Positions 1-7,934 of a DNA stretch of 13,990 bases are shown piece after piece; position 1 is the stretch's first letter, and every line of letters begins with the position of its first letter. Under the pieces are notes generated by a model. It saw nothing but the letters and a program-made list of their open reading frames with translations, did not search any database and was not told the origin of the DNA. Source of the stretch: Candidatus Eiseniibacteriota bacterium (GTDB lineage: Bacteria; Eisenbacteria; RBG-16-71-46; JABDJR01); the NCBI GenBank assembly GCA_963783375.1, contig CAWANH010000018.1, forward strand, positions 1 through 13,990. The letters are read 5' to 3'. The position numbers and the translations under genes were made by a program.

Positions 1-13
1 ACCTCCGCCGGCC

Positions 14-460
14 ATGCCGATCGAGATCCACGGACTCCGCTCCGGCGATGAGCCGGTCCTGGAGTGCGTCGCCCCGGACGTCTTCGACCACGCGGTGGAT
101 CCGGACGCCGCCCGGCAGTTCCTCGCCGACCCCCGTCACCACCTCGTCGTGGCGCTGGAAGGCGGAGTGGTGATCGGCTTCGCCTCGGGCGTCCACTACC
201 TCCATCCCGACAGGCCCCGGCCCGAGCTCTGGGTGAACGAGATTGCGGTGGCTCCGTCCCACCGCCGGGGCGGCGTGGGACGCGCGCTCCTCGACGCCCT
301 GATCGAGATCGGCCGCGCCTTGGGCTGTGCCGAAGCCTGGGTCCTCACCGAACGGGGGAACCGCCCGGCCACCGCGCTCTACGCGTCCCGCGGCGGAGTG
401 GAAGCGCACTCCGGCACGGTGATGTTCTCCTTCCGGCTCGACGACTCCGGCCCCCGCTGA
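14..460 (+). CDS. GNAT family N-acetyltransferase
   Basis: 148-aa ORF. It has the acetyl-CoA-binding motif A (EIAVAPSHRRGGVGRALL, i.e. V..xxRxxGxG/A) and the C-terminal N-x-x-A-x-x-L-Y motif (GNRPATALYASRG). The substrate cannot be determined from sequence. Confidence 0.9.
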   Translation: MPIEIHGLRSGDEPVLECVAPDVFDHAVDPDAARQFLADPRHHLVVALEGGVVIGFASGVHYLHPDRPRPELWVNEIAVAPSHRRGGVGRALLDALIEIGRALGCAEAWVLTERGNRPATALYASRGGVEAHSGTVMFSFRLDDSGPR

Positions 461-499
461 GGCGCCGCGGGCCGAAACCCTCCCGCCCCGGTGCTCCCC

Positions 500-527
500 T
501 GGACTGCGGTGAAGGAAGTGCTAGTCT
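500..527 (+). promoter_or_regulatory. putative sigma70-type promoter (extended -10) for the lipoprotein gene
   Basis: TG-C-TAGTCT at 519-527, with TGGACT at 500-505 (16-nt spacer). The same TGCTAGnnT form recurs at 7790 and 12400. Confidence 0.45.
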
Positions 528-630
528 GAAGGGGTAAGGTGAGGCGGTATGAGCATCCGCCGTCAACGGGTCCGCGGTCACCCGACCGGGTGGAACCGCC
601 CGCCCGGAGCGACTTTCCCGGAGTGCGGCC

Positions 631-1215
631 ATGAGAACACGAAATCCGTACCGGCGTCGGTGGATCCTCTCCGCTCTCTTCGGCCTCCTCCTGGTCTCGG
701 GGTGCGGCGAACGCACCGTCACCGGGGTTTTCCATCCCGACGCCATCCACATCGTTCGTTTGGCCGGGGACGGCATGACGCGTCTGAGGCTGGAGTTCTG
801 GCTGGACGGCGGCACGGATCCGCCGTCCCTGTGGGTGGCCGGCCAGGCCCGGAACAGCGGGGATAGACCGATCGCCTACTCGGGCCTCGTCTGCGGCTCG
901 GACGTGCCGGTGATCCGTCTGAAGGACGCCGACGGCGCCGAATACATTCTCGATGGTCCTCGTCCGCTCTGTCCCTCCGGCAAGTTGGTCATGACGCCGG
1001 GCCATGAATCCGGGTCCTACGCGTGGTACCGCGGATTCGCCTACCGGATCGGGTCCCCCAACCTGGTGGAGACCGCCCTTCCCCCGGGTCGCTATACCCT
1101 CTCGGCTCACCTGGACTACACCGTGGATCCCGGTTCGGGCCCGGTCCCGCGGTCGATCGAGGTATCGGCCGACATCATCCTGGAGGACCTCTGGCCGGCG
1201 AACCCGGCGGGGTAG
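631..1215 (+). CDS. hypothetical lipoprotein
   Basis: 194-aa ORF with a basic N-region (MRTRNPYRRR), a hydrophobic core (WILSALFGLLL) and a lipobox-like VSGC. GGAG lies upstream of the ATG. The mature part looks beta-rich and has two further Cys and an LPPGRYTL motif. Confidence 0.75.
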   Translation: MRTRNPYRRRWILSALFGLLLVSGCGERTVTGVFHPDAIHIVRLAGDGMTRLRLEFWLDGGTDPPSLWVAGQARNSGDRPIAYSGLVCGSDVPVIRLKDADGAEYILDGPRPLCPSGKLVMTPGHESGSYAWYRGFAYRIGSPNLVETALPPGRYTLSAHLDYTVDPGSGPVPRSIEVSADIILEDLWPANPAG

Positions 1216-1246
1216 ACCGGAAACCGGTCCCGGGAGACCTGCCGGC

Positions 1247-2014
1247 TCAGATCCCCCCGCCATCGATGAACTCCGGACCCTCGGCGGACCGCGCCGGACG
1301 GTGGGCCGAGAGCGCTCCGTCGGAGACCCGCGTCTCCAGTTGCTCCACCTTCTCGAACAGCACCTCCAGGGCGCGGACACCGTGGTCACCGCTGCTCTCG
1401 GCCAGGTCCATCCCCGGCCGTTCGCCGCGATCATGAACGCGGTCCAGGACGCGTCCGGCAAGCCCCACCACCGTGGCTCCCGGGGGAACGTCCTTGACCA
1501 CCACCGCGCCCGCGCCGATCCGCGCCCCGGCTCCCACCCGGAGCGAGCCCAGCACGTTGGCCCCGGCGCCCACCACCACCCCGTCTTCGAGGGTGGGGTG
1601 GCGCTTTCCCCGCTCCAGGCTCACCCCGCCCAGGGTCACCCCCTGGTACAGGGTCACGTCGTCGCCGATCTCCGCGGTCTCGCCGATCACCACCCCCATG
1701 CCGTGATCGATGAAGAACCGCCGCCCGATCGTCGCGCCGGGATGGATCTCGATGCCGGTCGCATCGCGCGCCACGTGGCTCAACCAGCGCGCGAGCAGGA
1801 ACCGGCGCCGCCCCCACAGGGCGTGGGCCATCCGGTGCATCCAGACGGCGTGAAGACCCGGGTAGCAGATGAGCACCTCGGCGGTGGTGCGGGCGGCGGG
1901 GTCGCGGGCGAAGACCGTGGCCAGGTCCTCGCGCATCCGTCTCACCCCGTGTACCGATCCGCGCGGCTCGGATGCGGGGCGATGATGGGCGAGGTTCGAC
2001 TCCGCGGTGCTCAT
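1247..2014 (-). CDS. cysE: serine O-acetyltransferase
   Basis: This is the C-terminal 255 aa of the 1247..3043 track ORF. The ATG at 2014 has GGAGG upstream and overlaps the cysK stop (ATGA). Motifs are [46 protein letters not shown] and KRHPT, with hexapeptide repeats. It ends in DGGGI (C-terminal Ile). Confidence 0.96.
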   Translation of the reverse strand: MSTAESNLAHHRPASEPRGSVHGVRRMREDLATVFARDPAARTTAEVLICYPGLHAVWMHRMAHALWGRRRFLLARWLSHVARDATGIEIHPGATIGRRFFIDHGMGVVIGETAEIGDDVTLYQGVTLGGVSLERGKRHPTLEDGVVVGAGANVLGSLRVGAGARIGAGAVVVKDVPPGATVVGLAGRVLDRVHDRGERPGMDLAESSGDHGVRALEVLFEKVEQLETRVSDGALSAHRPARSAEGPEFIDGGGI

Positions 2015-3015
2015 GATCGCCTCCCCGGGGCCCCGGTCGGCGCCGACGCGCCGGTGGCGCTCGTGTCGGCCTCGGCCACGGCGTCCTCGAACTGGAACAG
2101 GGGGGTGGAGAGGTAGCGCTCGCCGGTGTCGCAGAGGATGGTCACGATGGTCTTCCCGGCGTTTTCCGGCCGGCGGGCCACCTCCGAGGCGGCGTGGACG
2201 TTGGCCCCGGCCGAGATCCCGGCCAGGATGCCTTCGGTCCGGGCGAGCCGTCGAGTGGCCGCAAAGGCATCGTCGTTGGTCACGGTGAGAACCTCGTCCA
2301 CCACGGCGCGGTTCAGGTTTCCCGGGACGAACCCGGCCCCGATCCCCTGGATCTTGTGGGGGCCGGGCTTCCCTCCGGAGAGGATCGGCGAATCCGTCGG
2401 CTCCACGGCGATCGCGCGGAATCCGGGGCGGCGCCCCTTCAGCACCTCGGCGATGCCGGTGATGGTGCCGCCGGTCCCGACCCCCGCCACCACCAGGTCC
2501 ACCTCGCCGTCGGTGTCCGCCCAGATCTCCTCGGCGGTGGTCCGCCGGTGGACGTCGGGGTTGGCCGGGTTCTCGAACTGCTGGAGGATGATCGCGCCGG
2601 GGATCTCCGCCGCCACCTCCTCCGCCCGCGCGATCGCCCCCGGCATCCCGTTGGCGCCCGGGGTGAGGATCAGCTCCGCCCCCAGGGCGCGGAGAAGGTT
2701 CCGCCGCTCCACGGACATGGTGTCGGGCATGGTGAGGACGAGGCGATAGCCCCGGGCCGCGGCCACGAAGGCCAGGGCGATCCCGGTGTTGCCGCTGGTG
2801 GGTTCGACCAGGACGGTCGTTCCGGGTTGGATGCGGCCCTCGCGCTCGGCCGCCTCGACCATGGCCACCCCGATCCGGTCCTTCACGCTGGACAGGGGGT
2901 TCATGAACTCCGCCTTGCCCAGGATGCGCGCGCCGGCATCGGGGGCGAAACGGGAGAGCTCGATCAGGGGCGTTCGCCCCACGGCTTCGGTGATATTGCG
3001 TCGGATGTTCGCCAT
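2011..3015 (-). CDS. cysK: cysteine synthase A (O-acetylserine sulfhydrylase, PLP-dependent)
   Basis: The start [17 protein letters not shown] is at 3015, behind AAGGAG; 334 aa. It has the PLP lysine motif [52 protein letters not shown] and DTGERYLST. Confidence 0.97.
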   Translation of the reverse strand: MANIRRNITEAVGRTPLIELSRFAPDAGARILGKAEFMNPLSSVKDRIGVAMVEAAEREGRIQPGTTVLVEPTSGNTGIALAFVAAARGYRLVLTMPDTMSVERRNLLRALGAELILTPGANGMPGAIARAEEVAAEIPGAIILQQFENPANPDVHRRTTAEEIWADTDGEVDLVVAGVGTGGTITGIAEVLKGRRPGFRAIAVEPTDSPILSGGKPGPHKIQGIGAGFVPGNLNRAVVDEVLTVTNDDAFAATRRLARTEGILAGISAGANVHAASEVARRPENAGKTIVTILCDTGERYLSTPLFQFEDAVAEADTSATGASAPTGAPGRRS

Positions 3016-3079
3016 GTCTGGTTCTCCTTGGGGGCTGCCGCAACGGCAGTCGGGATGGGCGAGGCCGGGGGGGGGGTAC

Positions 3080-3111
3080 GAAGAAAGCCCGCCGGCTTTC
3101 GCCGCGGGCCT
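3080..3111 (-). terminator. intrinsic terminator-like hairpin (putative attenuator) upstream of cysK
   Basis: The minus strand reads GCCCGC-GGC-GAAA-GCC-G-GCGGGC followed by TTTCTTC. This gives a 9-bp GC stem with a one-base bulge, a GNRA tetraloop and an imperfect U tract. It lies between the leader ORF stop and the cysK RBS. Confidence 0.7.
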
Positions 3112-3136
3112 GGCTTCCTCGGGAGTTTCGCTTCGT

Positions 3137-3259
3137 CTACGTCCGGGAGCGGTCTCCCGTTCGAGACGTCCGATCACTCGATCCGGCGGACGCACCGGCC
3201 CACGACCCGCAATGCGGGCAACAACAGCAGCAGTTGATGTGGTGGGTCGGACGGATCAC
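3137..3259 (-). CDS. putative poly-cysteine leader peptide, 40 aa: [40 protein letters not shown]
   Basis: GTG start at 3259 is preceded by GGGAGA with a 9-nt spacer. Codons TGC TGC TGT TGT TGC lie at 3232-3218, a sixth Cys at 3211-3209 and TAG at 3139-3137. The ORF sits directly upstream of cysK-cysE on the same strand and is not in the ORF track. Confidence 0.85.
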   Translation of the reverse strand: MIRPTHHINCCCCCPHCGSWAGASAGSSDRTSRTGDRSRT

Positions 3260-3294
3260 GGTTCGGATTCTCCCGTCTGGGTGCTGATGCACAA

Positions 3295-3323
3295 AGTATA
3301 ATGACCGATCCGGTCCTCTTCAA
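3295..3323 (-). promoter_or_regulatory. sigma70-type promoter for leader-cysK-cysE
   Basis: -35 TTGAAG (3323-3318), 17-nt spacer, -10 TATACT (3300-3295). It stands out in very GC-rich DNA. Predicted +1 is near 3290-3288, about 30 nt before the leader GTG. Confidence 0.8.
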
Positions 3324-3354
3324 TGGGTTTCTCGGAACGGGGCCGCCGGGACCG

Positions 3355-6300
3355 TCATGCCACCTGGGACGAGTCCTCGGCGGCCTTCCTCCGCCGTCCC
3401 CGCCAACCCTCCTCGAAGAGCGAGTAGACCACCGGGATCAGCACCAGGGTGACCAGGGTGGAGGTGGTGAGGCCGCCGATCACCACCCGGGCCAGGGGGG
3501 CCTGGGCCTCGCCGCCCTCGCCGGCCCCGAAGGCCAACGGCAGGAGCCCCAGAACCGTGGTCAAGGTGGTCATGAGGATCGGGCGGAGCCGGCGGGAGCC
3601 GGCCACGGTGATGGCGTCGTGGAGGGGGAGCTTGTCGCGGCGCCGGAGCAGGTTGGTGTAGTCCACCAGGAGGATCGCGTTGTTCACGATGATTCCGCCC
3701 AGCATGATGCAGCCGATGTAGGCGTTCAGGCTGAACGGGATCCCGGTCAGGACCAGGGCCAGCGCGACCCCGATCACCGCCATCGGCACCGAAAAGAGCA
3801 CCACGAACGGGTCGCGCAGGGACTCGAACTGGCCGGCCATGACCATGTAGACCAGGACCAGGGCCAGGATCAGTCCCAGCAACAGCTCCCGGAACGCCTT
3901 CTGCTGCTCCTCGTAGTCGCCGCCGATGATCACCGAGAAGTCCTTGGGCACCGGGATCCGGCCGATCGCCTCGCGAACGTCGCCCACCACCGACCCCATG
4001 TCGCGGCCGGTGAAGTTGGCGGAGACGAACACCGTGCGCTCCTGGTCCTTCCGCTCCAGGCGCACCGGACCCGTCCGCGGCTCCGACACCAGCACGTTCC
4101 GGAGCACCACCGGACGGCCCCGGTCGTTGGTCACGGTGAGGTCGAGCAGGTTCGAGAGGTCGCGCCGGTCGTCCTCGTTCAGCCGCACCATGATCCGGTA
4201 CTCTTTTCCGGCCTCGCGGTAGTTGGAAGCGTAGGTTCCTCCCACCGCGGTGCGGAGGGCCTCGCCGATCCGCGACACGCTCAACCCCAGGTCCGCCGCC
4301 TTCTGGCGGTCGATCCGGATCACCTCCTCCGGCCGTCCCTCCTCCCGGCTGATCCGGGCGTCGCTCACCCCGGGGACCTCGGCCACCGCCGCCCGTACCT
4401 GCTGGGCCAGCTCCCGGGCGGTGTCCAGGTCGTATCCCCGGATCTCCAGGCTCAGGTTGTCGCCGTCTCCTTGCCCCATCCGGAGGATCCAGAGGCCCTG
4501 TCCCGCCCGGGTGCGGACGGTGACCCCGGGGAGCGACGAGAGCGCGGGACGGAGCGCGTTGGCGATCTCCTCGCTGCTCCGGCGCCGCTCCGATTGGGGA
4601 ACCAGGGTGGCCCGGATGTTGGCGGTGTGTCCGCCGGAGGCCCGCCATCCCCCGCCTCCCACGCTCACCAGGATGGACTGGAGTTCCGGCACCTGGGCCC
4701 GGACGATCTCCTCCACCGAGCGGGTCATGCGGTCCATCACGTCCAGGCGCGTCCCCACCGCCATCTCGAGATCCACTCGCACCTCGCCCTCGTCGGAGGC
4801 GGGCATGAAGTCCACCCCGATGGTGGGGAGCAGCAACACCGACCCCACGAAGAGCGCCAGCGCGGAGAGGATCACCATGCGGCGGTGACGAAGGGCCCGC
4901 CGCAATACCCGGCCGTAACCCTGCTCCACCGCCTTGAACGCGGCCTCGCTGGCGTCGTAGACCCGGCCCGGGCCGCGGCGGGATCCGCCCGCCACCGCTC
5001 CCCGGAACCGGAGAAACCGCGCGCTCAACATCGGCACCAGGGTCAGCGCCACCACCAGGCTGCAGAGAAGAGAGAACGCCACCACGAAGGCGAGCTGCTG
5101 GAAGTAGATCCCCGAGATCCCCCGCATGAAAACCACCGGGAGGAACACCACCACCGTGGTCAACGTGCTGGCCACGATGGCGCTTCCCACCTCCTCGGTC
5201 CCCTGGAGCGCGGCGTCCCGGGGGGAGAGCCCGGTCTCCCGCAATCGATAGATGTTCTCCAGGACCACGATGGCGCTGTCCACGAGCATGCCGATCCCCA
5301 GGGCCAGGCCCCCGAAGGTCATCAGGTTCAGGGTGAACCCGCCGAAGTAGATCAGTCCGAAGGTGGCGATGATCGAGACCGGAATGGCGGTCGCGATGAT
5401 CACCGTGCTGGAGACGTTGCGAAGGAACAGGAGGAGGATCACCACGGCCAGGATGCCGCCCACCGCGGTGGCCCGCCCCACGTTCCGGATCGAGTTCTCG
5501 ATGTAGGTGGAGGTGTCGATCAGGGGGAGGAGCTGGATCTGGGGAATGTCCCGGTTGATCCGGGCCATCTCCGCCTTCACCGCCTGGGCCACCTCCACCG
5601 TATTGGCGCCGGATTGCTTGTTGATGGAGAGCCGAAGGCTGGGCTTGCCGTTAACCCGCACCCGGCGGGTGATCTCCTCCCAGGAATCCTCGACCCGGGC
5701 GAAATCGGAGATGCGGATGGGCGAGCCTTCACGGATGGCCACCACGGTGTTCCGGATCTCATCCAGGCTCAGGTACTCGCCCTGGGTCCGGATCAGAACG
5801 TCGAGGTTCCCGGTCTGGACGGTGCCGGCGGGGATGTTCTGGTTCTCCCGGTTCAGGGCGTCCAGGACGTCCGAGGTGGAGAGCCCCAGGGACTTCACCT
5901 GGTCGGCGTCCAGGTCGACGTGGATCTCCCGGGTGAGACCACCCCAGATGTCCACCGCGGCCACCCCGGCCACCCGCTCCAGGCGGTACTTCACCTGGTC
6001 GTCCACGATCTGCCGGAGATCGAGGGGGTTCACGTCGCTCGACACCCCGAGGATCATGACCGGGAAGGCGGAGAGATCGAACTTCCGGATGGTGGGGCGG
6101 TCCATGTCCTCGGGGAGGCGGCCGGTGATCCGGTCGATGCGGTCGCGGATGTCGTTCGCGGCCACGTCCAGATCCGCTCCCCAATCGAACGAGACCCGGA
6201 CGGAGCTGTTCCCCTCGGTGGAGACCGAGTTGATCTCCTCGACCCCCTGGACCGCGGCCACCGCCTCCTCGATGGGCCGGGTGACCAGGTCCTCCATCTC

Positions 6301-6471
6301 CTCCGGCCCCACGTTCCCGTACTGGGCGCGGATGCTGATGGTGGGGAAGATGATCTCGGGCATGAGATCGATGGAGAGGCGGAAGAACGAGACCAACCCC
6401 ACCGTGATCACGATGAGATAGACCATGGTGGTCAGGACCGGACGCTGGATGGGCCCCCGGGCGAGGCTCAT
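3355..6471 (-). CDS. RND efflux permease (AcrB/AcrD/AcrF family)
   Basis: 1038 aa with the N-terminal RPVLTTM..TM1, two large soluble loops and two TM bundles. Motifs are [46 protein letters not shown] and [12 protein letters not shown]. The start overlaps the MFP stop (ATGA). Confidence 0.96.
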   Translation of the reverse strand: MSLARGPIQRPVLTTMVYLIVITVGLVSFFRLSIDLMPEIIFPTISIRAQYGNVGPEEMEDLVTRPIEEAVAAVQGVEEINSVSTEGNSSVRVSFDWGADLDVAANDIRDRIDRITGRLPEDMDRPTIRKFDLSAFPVMILGVSSDVNPLDLRQIVDDQVKYRLERVAGVAAVDIWGGLTREIHVDLDADQVKSLGLSTSDVLDALNRENQNIPAGTVQTGNLDVLIRTQGEYLSLDEIRNTVVAIREGSPIRISDFARVEDSWEEITRRVRVNGKPSLRLSINKQSGANTVEVAQAVKAEMARINRDIPQIQLLPLIDTSTYIENSIRNVGRATAVGGILAVVILLLFLRNVSSTVIIATAIPVSIIATFGLIYFGGFTLNLMTFGGLALGIGMLVDSAIVVLENIYRLRETGLSPRDAALQGTEEVGSAIVASTLTTVVVFLPVVFMRGISGIYFQQLAFVVAFSLLCSLVVALTLVPMLSARFLRFRGAVAGGSRRGPGRVYDASEAAFKAVEQGYGRVLRRALRHRRMVILSALALFVGSVLLLPTIGVDFMPASDEGEVRVDLEMAVGTRLDVMDRMTRSVEEIVRAQVPELQSILVSVGGGGWRASGGHTANIRATLVPQSERRRSSEEIANALRPALSSLPGVTVRTRAGQGLWILRMGQGDGDNLSLEIRGYDLDTARELAQQVRAAVAEVPGVSDARISREEGRPEEVIRIDRQKAADLGLSVSRIGEALRTAVGGTYASNYREAGKEYRIMVRLNEDDRRDLSNLLDLTVTNDRGRPVVLRNVLVSEPRTGPVRLERKDQERTVFVSANFTGRDMGSVVGDVREAIGRIPVPKDFSVIIGGDYEEQQKAFRELLLGLILALVLVYMVMAGQFESLRDPFVVLFSVPMAVIGVALALVLTGIPFSLNAYIGCIMLGGIIVNNAILLVDYTNLLRRRDKLPLHDAITVAGSRRLRPILMTTLTTVLGLLPLAFGAGEGGEAQAPLARVVIGGLTTSTLVTLVLIPVVYSLFEEGWRGRRRKAAEDSSQVA

Positions 6472-7661
6472 GGCGCGTCACCGGCGCCGGGCGCCCGGGT
6501 GGTGTCCGAGGCCGGCCCGTGGGACGCGGTGAGGAGGATGGGGCTCCCATCCTCCAGGAGGTGCTGGCCCAGGGTGATCACGCGACCCTCGAGGTTCGGT
6601 TCCACGATCTGCACCCGGGATCCGGCGTGGATGCCCAGGGTGACGGGCACATAGCGCGCCACGCCTTCCGCCTCATCGGCCATGTATACCGCGTCGTGGT
6701 CGTCCCGCCGGACCACCGCCGACGCCGGCACGGACCGGGCCTCGGTCTCCGACGAGATCACCACCCGGACCCGGGAGAACATGCCGGGCTTGAGCTCATG
6801 GCCGGGGTTCGGGACCACGACCTCCATCTCGGCCACCCGGGACTCCTCTTTCAATACCGGGGCCAGCCGGGACACGCGGCCGGAGAAACGCCGGCCGGGG
6901 TAGGCATCCACCTCGACCTCGGCGGTCTGGCCGGGCCGGATGGAACCGTAGTCCCGCTCGATCACCGAGACCCGGACGTAGACCGTGTCCAGGCCGACCA
7001 CGGAAACCACCGCGGCGTTGACCGGAAGGAGCGCGCCCTCGTCCACCAGCCGCTCGCCCACGAGCCCCGGTTCCGCCGCCTTCAGCCGGGTGTAGCCGAG
7101 GCGGATCCGGGAGGCTTCAAGGGCGGCCCGGCGCTGGCTCACCTGGGCCTCGGCGAGCTGGGTGCGCGCCTTCTGGGCGTCGAACCTGGAGCTGGCGTTG
7201 TCCACGTCGGCGTCGGAGATGAGATCGCGTTCCCGGAGCGACCGCGACCGCGCGATTTCCTTTTCGGCCAGGGCCAAGGACGCCCGTGCCTCCTCCAGGC
7301 CGGCCCTGGCGATGTCCAGGTTCGCCTGGGCTTCGGCCTCGGCCTGGCGGTACTCGGCGTCGTCGAGGCGCGCGATCTCCTCGCCCGCCCGGACGCGGTC
7401 GCCGATCCGCTTCCCGAGCGCCACCACCCGGCCGGGCACCTTGGTGGCCACGAGGTATCGGTACTGGGGGAACACGGTGCCGGTGAAGAGCCGGACGTCC
7501 TGGATCGGCCCCACCGAGACCTCGGCCACGGTGACCGCGACCGCGGGGCGGCCCGATCGTCCCTGGGAATCGGCCCCGGAGGAACGGAGGTGATCCACCA
7601 GGCGCCACCCCAGGAGGAGAACGAAGGCCGAAACAGTCAGGACCAGGACGAGTCGTCTCAT
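6468..7661 (-). CDS. RND efflux periplasmic adaptor (membrane fusion protein)
   Basis: 397 aa with an N-terminal membrane anchor, lipoyl half-motifs (VPGRVVAL..IGDRVRAGEEIARLD), an Ala/Glu/Gln-rich alpha-hairpin, VDAYPGRRFSGRVSRLAP and LKPGMF. Confidence 0.95.
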   Translation of the reverse strand: MRRLVLVLTVSAFVLLLGWRLVDHLRSSGADSQGRSGRPAVAVTVAEVSVGPIQDVRLFTGTVFPQYRYLVATKVPGRVVALGKRIGDRVRAGEEIARLDDAEYRQAEAEAQANLDIARAGLEEARASLALAEKEIARSRSLRERDLISDADVDNASSRFDAQKARTQLAEAQVSQRRAALEASRIRLGYTRLKAAEPGLVGERLVDEGALLPVNAAVVSVVGLDTVYVRVSVIERDYGSIRPGQTAEVEVDAYPGRRFSGRVSRLAPVLKEESRVAEMEVVVPNPGHELKPGMFSRVRVVISSETEARSVPASAVVRRDDHDAVYMADEAEGVARYVPVTLGIHAGSRVQIVEPNLEGRVITLGQHLLEDGSPILLTASHGPASDTTRAPGAGDAP

Positions 7662-7706
7662 GGAGTCAGCGTCCCCGCGTGAAATGGGGGCAAAGGGGTG
7701 GGCGAA

Positions 7707-7735
7707 ATTCTAGGGGTTGAGCTTCCGAATCGCAA
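7707..7735 (-). promoter_or_regulatory. sigma70-type promoter for the MFP-RND operon
   Basis: The minus strand reads TTGCGA (7735-7730), a 17-nt spacer, then TAGAAT (7712-7707), 45 nt upstream of the MFP ATG. Confidence 0.6.
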
Positions 7736-7789
7736 TCATGGAAATCGGAACCCCCCCATCGGCGGTTCGCTCCACCGGCCGGCCGGCTC

Positions 7790-7798
7790 TGCTAGAGT
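7790..7798 (+). promoter_or_regulatory. putative extended -10 promoter element for the kinase/phosphatase operon
   Basis: TG-C-TAGAGT in the divergent intergenic region. No clear -35 is present. Confidence 0.4.
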
Positions 7799-7934
7799 AG
7801 GCGCCGGCAAGAGGGTGGGACCCGGGCCCGGCCCCCGGTTCCAGCCGGCCGGTTCCCGGCGGCCCCCGTCGGAGGCCGGGCCGGAAGGACAAACCCGGGC
7901 CGCGATCGAAATCCCCCGGAGTCGAGCGACACCC

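Noticed and set aside
14-460. GNAT as an aminoglycoside acetyltransferase or resistance cassette
   Set aside because: Only generic GNAT motifs are visible, and there is no attC site, integron or IS context in the window.
1215-1229. GACCGG-AAA-CCGGTC hairpin between the convergent lipoprotein gene and cysE as a bidirectional terminator
   Set aside because: The stem is only 6 bp with no U tract on either side, which is too weak to call.
2015-3043. Long N-terminal extension of the cysE frame overlapping all of cysK (possible frameshift fusion)
   Set aside because: The extension is Arg/Gly/Pro-rich off-frame sequence. cysE has its own RBS and ATG at 2014, and no slippery site is evident.
3137-3259. 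Leader ORF as a free metallothionein-like or RiPP precursor peptide
   Set aside because: The Cys and His residues are clustered only in the N-terminal part and no modifying enzymes are nearby. The position between promoter and terminator ahead of cys genes favours a cis-regulatory role. A metal-binding role is not strictly excluded.
3016-3294. SAM riboswitch or T-box as the explanation for the cysK leader
   Set aside because: I could not find SAM-I signatures (AUC..GAG...GAGGGA..GGCCC) or the T-box sequence (AGGGUGG.ACCGCG). The Cys-codon leader ORF explains the region better. An Rfam scan would be decisive.
3297-3302. Perfect TATAAT on the + strand (antisense promoter into the RND 3' end)
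   Set aside because: There is no -35 or TG extension, and it is explained by overlap with the minus-strand TATACT element.
3355-6471. RND proton-relay positions differ from AcrB (VDSA for VDDA, NNAIL for KNAIL), and no TolC gene is adjacent
   Set aside because: Such variants are common in non-AcrB subfamilies of this family, and outer-membrane factors are often encoded elsewhere. This is not evidence of a pseudogene or of novelty.
3301-6654. 1117-aa + strand ORF (and similar long antisense ORFs 6519..7682, 2194..3237, 9197..10570, 10781..11785, 11891..13537)
   Set aside because: These are antisense shadows of well-supported genes. High-GC codon bias removes stops on the opposite strand, and the translations are His/Gly/Asp/Pro-rich with no motifs.
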